Part shown: positions 28,358-37,303 of the stretch, one piece after another | How positions within the stretch are numbered: position 1 is the first letter of the stretch | Layout: every line of letters begins with the position of its first letter | IMG/VR virus record: IMGVR_UViG_3300029928_000270 | Origin: an uncultured virus (IMG/VR IMGVR_UViG_3300029928_000270) | Lineage: Duplodnaviria; Heunggongvirae; Uroviricota; Caudoviricetes | Reading direction: 5' to 3' (one strand) | DNA length: 63,123 nt | Notes under the pieces: model-generated | What the model was told of the DNA's origin: nothing | Seen by the model: the letters and a program-made list of their open reading frames with translations, nothing else | Databases searched by the model: none | Translations under genes and position numbers: made by a program

Positions 28358-31300
28358 ATGGTAGATTGTTGTGATTTATATGCTATGCTAATGAGTGCTA
28401 ACAGAAGAAACATAAAAAACGTGGGGATTTATTGCTTTGTAAAAGGAGAGATTTCAAGACCCACTGCTTTAAGTAAAGCTGTTTCTTTGCAGGAAGGTGG
28501 AAAGTTTGTAGAAGCTGAAATCTTTGCAGTAGACTTAAAGAGCATAAAGGCAGAATTAGTTAGTAGTGGTCTGATTGGGGAGTCAGACCGTTTCTTGGTT
28601 AATGCTTCTGCATCAGTATATGTAGACAGGTCTTTAATTGAGAATGATTGGTACTTTTTCCGAGGTACACTGATGATGAGTTCGACATCAAGCCGAATTC
28701 CATTAGTTACTTTAATGAATTCAAGACGTGTAGGCACCTCTTGGGTATTGAGTAAAATTTCAGCTTCAGATTTTGAAGTAACTCACTTCTACGGCACAAG
28801 ACGACAGGCTTCTGTCCTTGAGGAGTCCATAAATCGTGGTATGATTGTGCATCCTGCTGATGTAAATATGTTTACACGTTTATATGCAGAATTACCTGAT
28901 AGTTTTGTGGCAAGTAATGCCCCTATTTTGAATATGCCCAAAGCAGAACCGCCAAAAGTAGAGGTAATTAAGCCATCTGAACCTGCAGTTGCTGCAAGTG
29001 TGGAGTATACTGTTGTAGCAGGTGCAGAGACCCCTGCTTCAGGTATTAAGGTTCAGCATAATTGCAAAGAGAGTCGTACAAAAATAAAGGATAAGCCTGC
29101 AATTTTCAATGATATGAAAGATTGGCTGAAAGATGCAGCAGAAACTCAGGATAATTACATAAGCACTCTCAAGGAAGGGTATGAAGTAACTGATGAACAT
29201 GTTGAAGTTGCAAGATTGTTAAATCATGTATTAGCTAACTGGAAAACTCGTGTAGGTAATGCGATAACTGGTCGTATGTTGATAAAGTCTTACATGGAGA
29301 AATCAGGTGAGGACTTGGAACAGGATTATATGGGTGAGTCTTTATTAGATTATATCTTAGATATTAAGGACGAAGTATTTGACTTCTGTTTAGGCGCAGA
29401 CCATGTAACTGCCGAGGGTGAGGCATTATCAATCATTAAGAACTTGTTTGGTTCGCCAGAGATTGTATATGCAGGTATAGTTAGCATATTCTTCGGTTTT
29501 GGGTATGATACTGCAGTTGATATGGCAAAAAGTATGTCATCTCACGGCATTTCATTCTCAAGGGTATTTGAAAACAACCCATATTTGTTCACAATCTGTG
29601 GGTATGACATGAAGTTTGCAGTTACAGAAAATATAGCCTATGCAATGGGTGTTTGGAGCAAGAGAGATATTCAGAAGAGCAGAAACATTGCAATTGTTTC
29701 AGACTATATGTTATATAGTGATACGCAGGATACGAACTATACCGTAGAAAGCATCAGAGAAGCAACTCTTGGTGTAAGAGCGACAAAAGCAGTATTAGAC
29801 AGACTTCGTAATGGACAGAGTATCCTGCCAGTTAGTTGCCAGCGAAGTGTAAATGCTTACTTTCCTGAGAAACGTCAATCCCCTTACCCGACATACGGTT
29901 GGGAGTATAAAGATGGTGCGTACTTCTTAGCATTGGGTACTACGGAAGTAGGACAGGCTATAAACGATGCAGTAAGTGTGGGTATGATTATAAGAAAGAA
30001 AGTCTGTGGGGTAGACATGTTGCTTTGCACCACATTCCTTAAAATGGAGTTATTTGTACTGGATAAGTGCTATAAGTTAGCAAAAAGACCTTGCAGGTAT
30101 AATGACTTAAACAGAATAAATGCATTAATTGATGCGTATGAAAATATGAAAGGCTTTAAGTTAGAACAGGCTCAGCGTCAGGGTGTTCTTACCAGTGTTA
30201 CAAATAATATAAGTGCGATAAGTGGACCTGCTGGTAGTGGTAAAACAACCACGTCAGATTGCTTGGTTTATGTGTACACTCATTACTTTGACTTAGAGGA
30301 TGACGAAGATAATGAGGAAGACGGTGAGGATGAGGAGAGTTTTAACGAAGATGATATTCAGTATGCGGCACCAACTGGCAAGGCGGCTAAGCGTTTACAG
30401 GAAGTTGTAGGTAGACCAGTTAGTACCATGCATAGCAAATTCAAGGTGGGTATTGGTGAAAAAACAGTTCTTGACGGTGAGGATAATGATTTTGTAACAG
30501 AGGGTGGTGCAAGGGTATACATCTTTGACGAGGTTGCAATGTGTACCTTGAAACTGTTGTATACTGTTTTAAGTCGTACTTCAAATGCAACAATAGTTCT
30601 GTTGGGGGACATATGCCAGCTTTCTCCGATAGGTAAAGGTTTACCTTTCAGAGATTTGTTAAAGTTCATACCTTGTACTTTCCTTTTAGTTTCTAAGAGA
30701 AGTCTTGAAGGTAGTGGTCTTACTTTGAACAGTACAATAATAAATGATTACAGTGAGCCAAACAACTTTAAGTTTCTTGAGAATAGTGATGACTTTAAGT
30801 TAATTCCATGCGCAGATGATGATATTGCAAATAAGATATATGCAGTATGTGGATATCATTTAGGCAAAATAACAAAGAACCAAGCCGAGGGTATTTGCCA
30901 TTGTGATATGATAGATATTGACCGCATACACGGAATTAAGCCCGATGACATTCAGGTTGTAATGCCAGTTAGTACAGACAGATATTCATGGGGTGCAAGT
31001 GTTGTAAATGCAAGACTTCAGGATTTGTTTAACCCTAAAACTTTAGGTGTTCGGGAGTTTAAGATACAGAATTTTAACAAGGAAAAGGTTTTCCGTGTAG
31101 GTGACCGTGTAATTCATACAAACAGTAATATGTACACGATGCAGTGGTATTCCAGCTTCAGTGACAAAGCGTTCACTAAGGCATGGGGTTCGGGTATTAT
31201 GAATGGTGATGTTGGTAAGATTGTAGACATTATAGAAGCTAAGAAGCGTTTACGTTTCTTAGACCCGGTTGACCCAATGCCAGAAGGGTATGAGGAGCCT

Positions 31301-31732
31301 AAGCATACAATAAGAAAGGACAAATCTTGGCGAGGAGAAGACCACTATTTTGTAGTTGTGGAGTATTATGATTACGGTAGTGGGAAAAACTATTATATTC
31401 TGTACCAAGCAGCAGTTGATGGGTATGCAAAGGGTGATGGCTTATACCTTGTAGGCGAAGATTTGTCTTTCTTAGATTTGTCGTATGCTTTGACAACTCA
31501 CAAGATGCAGGGTAGTCAGGGTAAGTTGATTGTATATGGTTTAGGCAAGGTTAGACGACAGGGTTTTGTTACAAGAAATGCGGTTTACACTGGCGAAACA
31601 AGAGCAAGTTGCGGAGAGTATATGATTGGTAGCGTAGAGGATGTAATGACCAGCCAGTTGAACATGGCAAGACAGATTGTTGAGCAGGAAGGTGTTAATA
31701 CCATATTAGGTGATATTTGGAATTTGCAGTAA
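28358..31732 (+). CDS. RecD2-like SF1B helicase with long N-terminal region
   Basis: GPAGSGKTT, AAPTGKAAKRL, IFDE, GDICQLSPIGKG, NGDVG, YALTTHKMQGSQ, YTGETRA. Confidence 0.9.
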   Translation: MVDCCDLYAMLMSANRRNIKNVGIYCFVKGEISRPTALSKAVSLQEGGKFVEAEIFAVDLKSIKAELVSSGLIGESDRFLVNASASVYVDRSLIENDWYFFRGTLMMSSTSSRIPLVTLMNSRRVGTSWVLSKISASDFEVTHFYGTRRQASVLEESINRGMIVHPADVNMFTRLYAELPDSFVASNAPILNMPKAEPPKVEVIKPSEPAVAASVEYTVVAGAETPASGIKVQHNCKESRTKIKDKPAIFNDMKDWLKDAAETQDNYISTLKEGYEVTDEHVEVARLLNHVLANWKTRVGNAITGRMLIKSYMEKSGEDLEQDYMGESLLDYILDIKDEVFDFCLGADHVTAEGEALSIIKNLFGSPEIVYAGIVSIFFGFGYDTAVDMAKSMSSHGISFSRVFENNPYLFTICGYDMKFAVTENIAYAMGVWSKRDIQKSRNIAIVSDYMLYSDTQDTNYTVESIREATLGVRATKAVLDRLRNGQSILPVSCQRSVNAYFPEKRQSPYPTYGWEYKDGAYFLALGTTEVGQAINDAVSVGMIIRKKVCGVDMLLCTTFLKMELFVLDKCYKLAKRPCRYNDLNRINALIDAYENMKGFKLEQAQRQGVLTSVTNNISAISGPAGSGKTTTSDCLVYVYTHYFDLEDDEDNEEDGEDEESFNEDDIQYAAPTGKAAKRLQEVVGRPVSTMHSKFKVGIGEKTVLDGEDNDFVTEGGARVYIFDEVAMCTLKLLYTVLSRTSNATIVLLGDICQLSPIGKGLPFRDLLKFIPCTFLLVSKRSLEGSGLTLNSTIINDYSEPNNFKFLENSDDFKLIPCADDDIANKIYAVCGYHLGKITKNQAEGICHCDMIDIDRIHGIKPDDIQVVMPVSTDRYSWGASVVNARLQDLFNPKTLGVREFKIQNFNKEKVFRVGDRVIHTNSNMYTMQWYSSFSDKAFTKAWGSGIMNGDVGKIVDIIEAKKRLRFLDPVDPMPEGYEEPKHTIRKDKSWRGEDHYFVVVEYYDYGSGKNYYILYQAAVDGYAKGDGLYLVGEDLSFLDLSYALTTHKMQGSQGKLIVYGLGKVRRQGFVTRNAVYTGETRASCGEYMIGSVEDVMTSQLNMARQIVEQEGVNTILGDIWNLQ

Positions 31733-31803
31733 AATTATTGTTATGATTGTGCGGATTAGGCGCATATTGTGCCGTATAAGCTCTGAGAAGTTGTCATATT
31801 CTG

Positions 31804-31832
31804 TTGACTTTTGTGTAGTTTCATGGTATAAT
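31804..31832 (+). promoter_or_regulatory. sigma-A-type promoter of the Tas-like gene
   Basis: TTGACT-17-TATAAT with TG. Confidence 0.8.
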
Positions 31833-31905
31833 TATTTCATAATAAATCGTTGGGGGCGGACAAGCTCCCAGTGATAAAAACAATAGAATATGGAGGTAGT
31901 TAACT

Positions 31906-33177
31906 ATGGTAGTTAATGAAGTAACTGGCAAGACAAGTGCAGTTGACGATGTAGTAAAGACTCAGATAAGAAATCTCATCGGAACACTGTATGGGATTCA
32001 GGAAGTTCGTATTGGAACGGGTAACCGCTTAACGGCTCAGTTCAGACAGACCTTGGGTATTGCACCCTCTGCAAAGGCTGAGGATGCGGATAAGGAAGTG
32101 GCTAAGATTTTAGCTACTCTCAAAGAGGATTACAACCGTATCACGGACGGTATTGCCGAGAACAACTATTCACTGAAGAAGCAGATTTCCTTATTGCTGA
32201 AAGATGATAAAACTCCCCTTAAGGCGGTTAGGGACACCACGGATTACAGTTTAATCCGTTCCTATATGTTTCTTTTGGACTCCGAGGCGGAACTTACTAA
32301 GGTTCTTGATACATATGTAAAGAGTCATCCGTTGTGGGATGCGTTCTTTGAGCAGGTTAAGGGTTGTGGCACTTTGATGAGTGCGGTATGTATCGGTTAC
32401 TTAGACCCTTACAAGGCACCTCATGTATCCAGCTTCTTCCGTTATGCAGGTCTTGATGTCGTTCAGGATACTGACAAGAGTGGAGAGCAGTTGTGGTTGG
32501 CAATCCATGATGGGTATCGTGTTGTAAGACAGAGATACACATACATCTACAAGTCCACAAAGGAAGATTACATCGGACGTGTAATCGAGAGCAAGGATGA
32601 GGATGGTATCCCCATCTATACCACGGAGACAGGTGAGTACCTTGAGAAAATCGAAGCCATTTCCAAAGAAGGTGACTACATCTTCGAAGACTTAAACGGT
32701 CAGAACCCTTACGTCGGAGCAGTTATTGCCAAGGAACACGGAAGAAGCATGGGTGACACGGAGATGTTCGAGTACACCAGCAAGGATGGCGAACTGAAGC
32801 TCAAGAGAGGTCTTACATACAACCCGACCCTCAAGAGCAAGTTAATGGGGGTACTGGCAAGTTGCCTTATCAAGGCTAAAGACCCGATTTACTACTCGAT
32901 TTATACAGAGTACAAGAACAGACTGAACAATAGCCCTCGGTATGACAAGTATACCAACGCCAGAAAGAATAACATGGCTGTAAGGTACATGATTAAGCAG
33001 TTTCTGAGAAACCTTTGGGTTGTTTGGAGAGACCTTGAAGGGCTTCCTGTAGATGCTCCTTATGAAGTTGATAAGTTGGGCAGAGAACCTCATCATGTAA
33101 ATGCTTACCAGTACTGTGTGGCTACGGGTACTAAGAAGTCTTACAAGGACTACTGTAACAACTTCAACGAAATCTAA
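31906..33177 (+). CDS. Nop/IS110-related RNA-binding protein; TIGR-associated Tas-like protein without RuvC/HNH (TasA-like)
   Basis: Coiled coil (IQEVRIGTGNRL), VKGCGTLMSA HhH, SSFFRYAGL, YNPTLKSKL, ARKNNMAVRYMIKQFL; no N-terminal DEDD; adjacent dual-spacer array. Confidence 0.8.
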   Translation: MVVNEVTGKTSAVDDVVKTQIRNLIGTLYGIQEVRIGTGNRLTAQFRQTLGIAPSAKAEDADKEVAKILATLKEDYNRITDGIAENNYSLKKQISLLLKDDKTPLKAVRDTTDYSLIRSYMFLLDSEAELTKVLDTYVKSHPLWDAFFEQVKGCGTLMSAVCIGYLDPYKAPHVSSFFRYAGLDVVQDTDKSGEQLWLAIHDGYRVVRQRYTYIYKSTKEDYIGRVIESKDEDGIPIYTTETGEYLEKIEAISKEGDYIFEDLNGQNPYVGAVIAKEHGRSMGDTEMFEYTSKDGELKLKRGLTYNPTLKSKLMGVLASCLIKAKDPIYYSIYTEYKNRLNNSPRYDKYTNARKNNMAVRYMIKQFLRNLWVVWRDLEGLPVDAPYEVDKLGREPHHVNAYQYCVATGTKKSYKDYCNNFNEI

Positions 33178-33183
33178 GAAATA

Positions 33184-33218
33184 AACTGGAGTGGGTATTT
33201 ACTCACTCCAGTTCTTTT
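33184..33218. terminator. Hairpin between tas-like gene and array, possibly a bidirectional terminator
   Basis: AACTGGAGTGGGTA-TT-TACTCACTCCAGTT; CTTTT follows on +, TATTTCTT follows on -. Confidence 0.7.
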
Positions 33219-33231
33219 AACAAAACACCGA

Positions 33232-35172
33232 AGTTATTTCATGACCGTATAGTGTATCAGGCTTATAAAGTAGTTTCAAACAAAGGGAGTGTATCTTATA
33301 ACAAAAGTAATTACGTAGTGAAAAAGTGTATCGTATTAAGGTAGTATATCAGAAGTAACAAGTTGTTGCATTGTACATGAGTGTATCCTTTGGAAAGAGT
33401 AGTTTCATGCGGTAAAAGTGTATCATTTGGAAAAAAGTAGTTTCTTGCGGTGTAAGCGAGCATACTTAGGTTTGCAAATTTTGGGTATTAAGTTTTAGTG
33501 TATCATAACATAATAGCTATTGCTTACAAAGAAAGTGTATCGAGGCATACAAGTATTTTCATTGAGATTTAGTGTATCGGAGGTTTTGAGTTGTTTCTAT
33601 GTCATAAAGTGTATCAAGACGAGTTAGTATTTTCGTTAGTATTAAGTGAGTCAAGAAGTAAAATTATTTTCATAGTTCAATAGCGTATCATAGGAGGAAG
33701 TTATTTAAAGTTAGAACAGTGCATCAAGACAATTTAGTTATTTCATTTGTATTAAGTGTATCGTATAATTTAAGCAGTTTCAAGTTATAATAGTGAGTCA
33801 GGTCAAGCAAGTATTTTCAAATGGACAGTAGCGTATCAGATATGAGAAGTTTTCTCATTAGAGTTAAGTGTATCGTATTATAAAGTTTATTTCATAACAA
33901 GTAAGTGTATCAGTATGCAAAAGTTATATCATACCAAACAAGTGTATCAGCAAGAAAATTTTGTTTCATGATGATGAAGTGTATCTTCTCTGACCAGTTA
34001 TTGCATTTATGGAAAGTGTGTCGATTCATGTAATCAGAACAAGGGTATTTAGCGTATCAGTAAGTAATAGTTTTTTGCATAGAGGGAAAGTGTATCATTT
34101 CAAGATAGTTATTTCATGGTTAAAAAGTGTACCAAGGTAAAGAAAGTTTATCACATTAAATGGTGTAGTGTATCAAGGCATCGAAGTTATTTCAGCAAGG
34201 AAATCAAGTGTATCATTAATTTCAAGTAATTTCATAGATTATTAGTGAGTCTGCTGTCAAAGCGGTTACATAGGTGTCGAACGTATCGTATATGGAAATT
34301 GTTTTCAGTGTAGTTGAGTGTATCGAAGTAATAAAGCTATTTCGTATAAGTTCAGTGTATCACATGGAAAGAGTAGTTTCACTCGAAGCGAGTGTATCAA
34401 GGGTTTGAAGTAATTACAAATATGTTGAGTGTATCAAAAGGTTCAAGTGGTTGCATATCAACCCAGTGTATCAAAAATTATAAGTAGTTTCAAAAAATTT
34501 CAAGTGTATCAGGACTTGTGATAGTGAGTCGTTTAGAAAGAGTGTATCGGTATTATAAAGTGATTTCAATCGTTAAAGTGTGTCGGTTTACTTAGTGAGT
34601 CATAACATGTAAGCGTATCAAGACAATACAGTTGTATCGTTTGGTTTTAGTGTGTCATCTTTAACCAGTACTTTCATGGAAATCCAGCGTATCAGTATAT
34701 TAAATTTATTGCACATGCAGTTAGTGTATCAGATTATGGAAGTCATATCATCGTACTCAAGTGTATCAATATTTTAGAGTCATAGCAAAAATAGGTAGTG
34801 TATCATAGTATTATAGTTATCTCAAAAATCATCAGTGTATCAAAAGGAGGTATTGGTTTCAAATCAGATTAAGTGTATCAGTATGGAATAGTTATCTCTC
34901 AGTTGTTAAGTGCATCATAATAATTAAGTTATTTCATTTATGGTTAGTGTATCAAAGTGTAAAAGTTTTCACAATAAAGAAGAGTGTATCAATTCTGTTG
35001 AGTAGGTTATTGCATTTGAGTGTATCACGTTGGACGAGTAATTTCTATTAAATGCAAGTGTATCAAAGTTGATGATTAGTTCATATGCATTTAGTGTATC
35101 CGAAGTTGAGAGTAGTTTCAAATTTCACCAGTGTATCATGAGTATAGATTGTTTTCATGAGTAGTGAGTGTC
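33232..35172. ncRNA. TIGR-like tandem interspaced guide RNA array, about 50 units of 37 nt
   Basis: AGTGTATC(A)-N9-AGTWRTTTC(A)-N9 periodicity with unique spacers; AGTGTATC at 33251, 33288, 33325 ... 35093, 35130; no ORF. Confidence 0.88.
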
Positions 35173-35213
35173 AAGAAGTTGGGTAGTGTTTAAGGCACTA
35201 CCTAATTTCTTGA
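35171..35213. terminator. Hairpin closing the array
   Basis: TCAAGAAGTTGGGTAGTG...CACTACCTAATTTCTTGA. Confidence 0.6.
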
Positions 35214-35242
35214 GTATTATTCATAAAGACCAAGTTCGCTTG
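35213..35242 (-). promoter_or_regulatory. Bipartite motif CAAGCGAACT-N15-ATACT (candidate alternative-sigma promoter)
   Basis: Identical spacing at 4125, 35213, 45446 and 54365. Confidence 0.45.
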
Positions 35243-35506
35243 GCTTGAACATAAATAAATTTATTTTAAGTCAATTTTTCTTTAATATTCGAATATTTTG
35301 AAGAGATTTGGTTTCTGATAAGCGCAAAATACCTTTAAGGCAAGCAGTAATTAAAAGTATATTTTGTCATCAGTTGTTGGTGTGAATTATTTTGAACAGT
35401 GTTGGGTATTGGAATATTTACAAATACCTAAGAGTTTATTCAAATAAATTGTCATATACAGTTTTTAAGATATTCTATATAGTTAATATTACTGTTATTT
35501 ATAATC

Positions 35507-35535
35507 TTGACATTCGTTCGAGTTAGTGCTATAAT
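35507..35535 (+). promoter_or_regulatory. sigma-A consensus promoter
   Basis: TTGACA-17-TATAAT with TG. Confidence 0.85.
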
Positions 35536-35563
35536 AGAGCCATGTTAAAAGTGGAGGTTTTCT

Positions 35564-36697
35564 ATGAACTGTTTACGAGTAGTTAAAGAGATATCTGAAG
35601 ATAGACTTTTAGTTTACTGCAATTCATGCAAAAGTTATTTTGCAATGGACAAATACGAGTATAACCGCAATTTACAGGGCGGAGATATACGCAGTTGTAA
35701 ATTCTGTTGCAGAACAAGTTTTGGTGATTATGTTCCTTATTATCATCAAAGATATGGAACTCTGCGTATACTTGCAAAACTATGGGCAGAGTACTCTTGC
35801 TACTTTGTATGTAAATGTGATTGTGGTACATATCTTACAGTAGAAAGTTCTTATCTCACAAGTGGGTATGCATTTTCTTGTGGTTGCTTCAAGAGAAGAC
35901 GTCTTATACCTGAGTTTACAGACAAATCAGAGTATGTTTTAACTTCTGAGGATGTAAAGAGTATGGATAGATTGGTGTGCAGTCTGCCCAGAACTTTGAA
36001 GCCAAAGACAAAGGTATATAAGTTAGCTGATAATGAAACTAAACCCGAGATAACTCTTAAGAGTTTAGTGACACAGTATTCTGTTGAGGGCAATGAAGCT
36101 GAGGGTAGTGTTGCTTCTGCGGAAGTGCAGGAAGAGTCAAGCATGGGTATTGATACTTTCGAGTCGGTCAAGATACATGATATTGAGGAAGAAGTAGTGG
36201 ATGTGGGTATCAAGGAAGAGCCTGAGTTACCTTGGGATGAGCCTAAGAAGCTAACTGTTGAGGAAGTCAAGCCAGTTATGGTTGAAGAAAGCCATAAGTG
36301 TGATGAAGTTGTGGAAGAGTCGAGTGAGATGCAGACTGAGGGTACCATAGGTAATACCACTTTCAATTTTTCAGTTACTACAAACAGTCTTTATGAGAAG
36401 AAGCGTGTAGAAATCAGAGGTAATTTTACGAATGTAGATAAGGTAATAAGAGAAGCAGGTTTTGTAACAAGCAAAGAATGTGACATTTCCAGGGTAGCAG
36501 TTTTCATGAATTGCTTTGAGTCAGATTTAGATAAGATGTTAAGTCTGCATTATACTGGAAAGGGAGATTACTTTGTAAGGTTAGATGAAAACAAAAGAAT
36601 TTCAGACATATGTATGTTTGAAGATGATTGTTTGACTGTATTTCGCAGTTCACAATCCGATGGGTATTTAAGGTTAATAGGAGGTTTATTATGTTAG
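35564..36697 (+). CDS. Zn-binding protein with homing-endonuclease-associated CxCDCG domain
   Basis: CNSC...CKFC; YGTLRIL...VCKCDCG...LTSG...SCGC; acidic linker. Confidence 0.6.
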   Translation: MNCLRVVKEISEDRLLVYCNSCKSYFAMDKYEYNRNLQGGDIRSCKFCCRTSFGDYVPYYHQRYGTLRILAKLWAEYSCYFVCKCDCGTYLTVESSYLTSGYAFSCGCFKRRRLIPEFTDKSEYVLTSEDVKSMDRLVCSLPRTLKPKTKVYKLADNETKPEITLKSLVTQYSVEGNEAEGSVASAEVQEESSMGIDTFESVKIHDIEEEVVDVGIKEEPELPWDEPKKLTVEEVKPVMVEESHKCDEVVEESSEMQTEGTIGNTTFNFSVTTNSLYEKKRVEIRGNFTNVDKVIREAGFVTSKECDISRVAVFMNCFESDLDKMLSLHYTGKGDYFVRLDENKRISDICMFEDDCLTVFRSSQSDGYLRLIGGLLC

Positions 36698-36927
36698 TTG
36701 TTACACAGACATTAAGTTACGGTGTTAAAGTATTGGATACAGAAGATGGTGTGTCCGAGTATTGTACTAACACAAGGTTAGTAGACTACATTCAGAGAGG
36801 TGTAAGAGTTTATGGTGCAAGAGTAATTGCAGATATGCTTGGTAACCCTAATGTATTCATCAATTTGGGTGAGTCTTATGATGCTTTGAACAGTATTGGT
36901 TATAGAACAGATGTTATAAAACGATAA
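36691..36927 (+). CDS. small protein, member of local paralog family
   Basis: AGGAGG RBS; VKVLDTEDGVSE...IQRGVRVYG. Confidence 0.6.
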   Translation: MLVVTQTLSYGVKVLDTEDGVSEYCTNTRLVDYIQRGVRVYGARVIADMLGNPNVFINLGESYDALNSIGYRTDVIKR

Positions 36928-36944
36928 AGACTGGAGGCTTTCAA

Positions 36945-37229
36945 ATGTTAGTTTGTGTCAAATCAGGAGTGAAACCGTCAACTGAGTGCCCAGATGGAGT
37001 AGATACTCCTCATAACGTGCGTGGGTATTACATATACAATTCTGAAACAGGTGATGTCAAGTTTCATCATAAGAAGGAACTGGAGAAACGCTTAGATGCA
37101 GGAGAGGAAATCAAGGGTTTGAGAGTATTCATAAACAGTATTGGATTTCTTCAGTTGTATACCATAACTACAGAAAGAGATGCGGTGTTTTACTCATTAG
37201 GTGTTGACAGAAAGACGTTGGTTAAATAG
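36945..37229 (+). CDS. small protein, member of local paralog family
   Basis: YIYNSETGDV...LDAGEEIKGL. Confidence 0.6.
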   Translation: MLVCVKSGVKPSTECPDGVDTPHNVRGYYIYNSETGDVKFHHKKELEKRLDAGEEIKGLRVFINSIGFLQLYTITTERDAVFYSLGVDRKTLVK

Positions 37230-37247
37230 TTATTTTTGGATATATGT

Positions 37248-37276
37248 TTGACAACCTATTCAGTTTATGGTATAAT
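37248..37276 (+). promoter_or_regulatory. sigma-A consensus promoter
   Basis: TTGACA-17-TATAAT with TG. Confidence 0.85.
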
Positions 37277-37303
37277 TACATAAAGTGGAAATGAGGTATG
37301 TAA

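Noticed and set aside
31906..33177. Active IS110 transposase / insertion sequence
   Set aside because: It lacks the N-terminal RuvC-like DEDD domain and the catalytic SG loop, and it is driven by the same promoter class as native genes and followed by an array.
33691..34851. Spacers resembling Shine-Dalgarno (TAGGAGGA, AAAGGAGGT) or TATAAT boxes as evidence of promoter/RBS targeting
   Set aside because: With about 100 AT-rich 9-mers such matches can arise by chance. I found no paired 18-bp self-target by eye, and an exhaustive search was not possible.
33232..35172. CRISPR array
   Set aside because: Repeats are 8-10 nt and of two alternating kinds with 9-nt spacers, and there are no cas genes; this does not fit CRISPR geometry.
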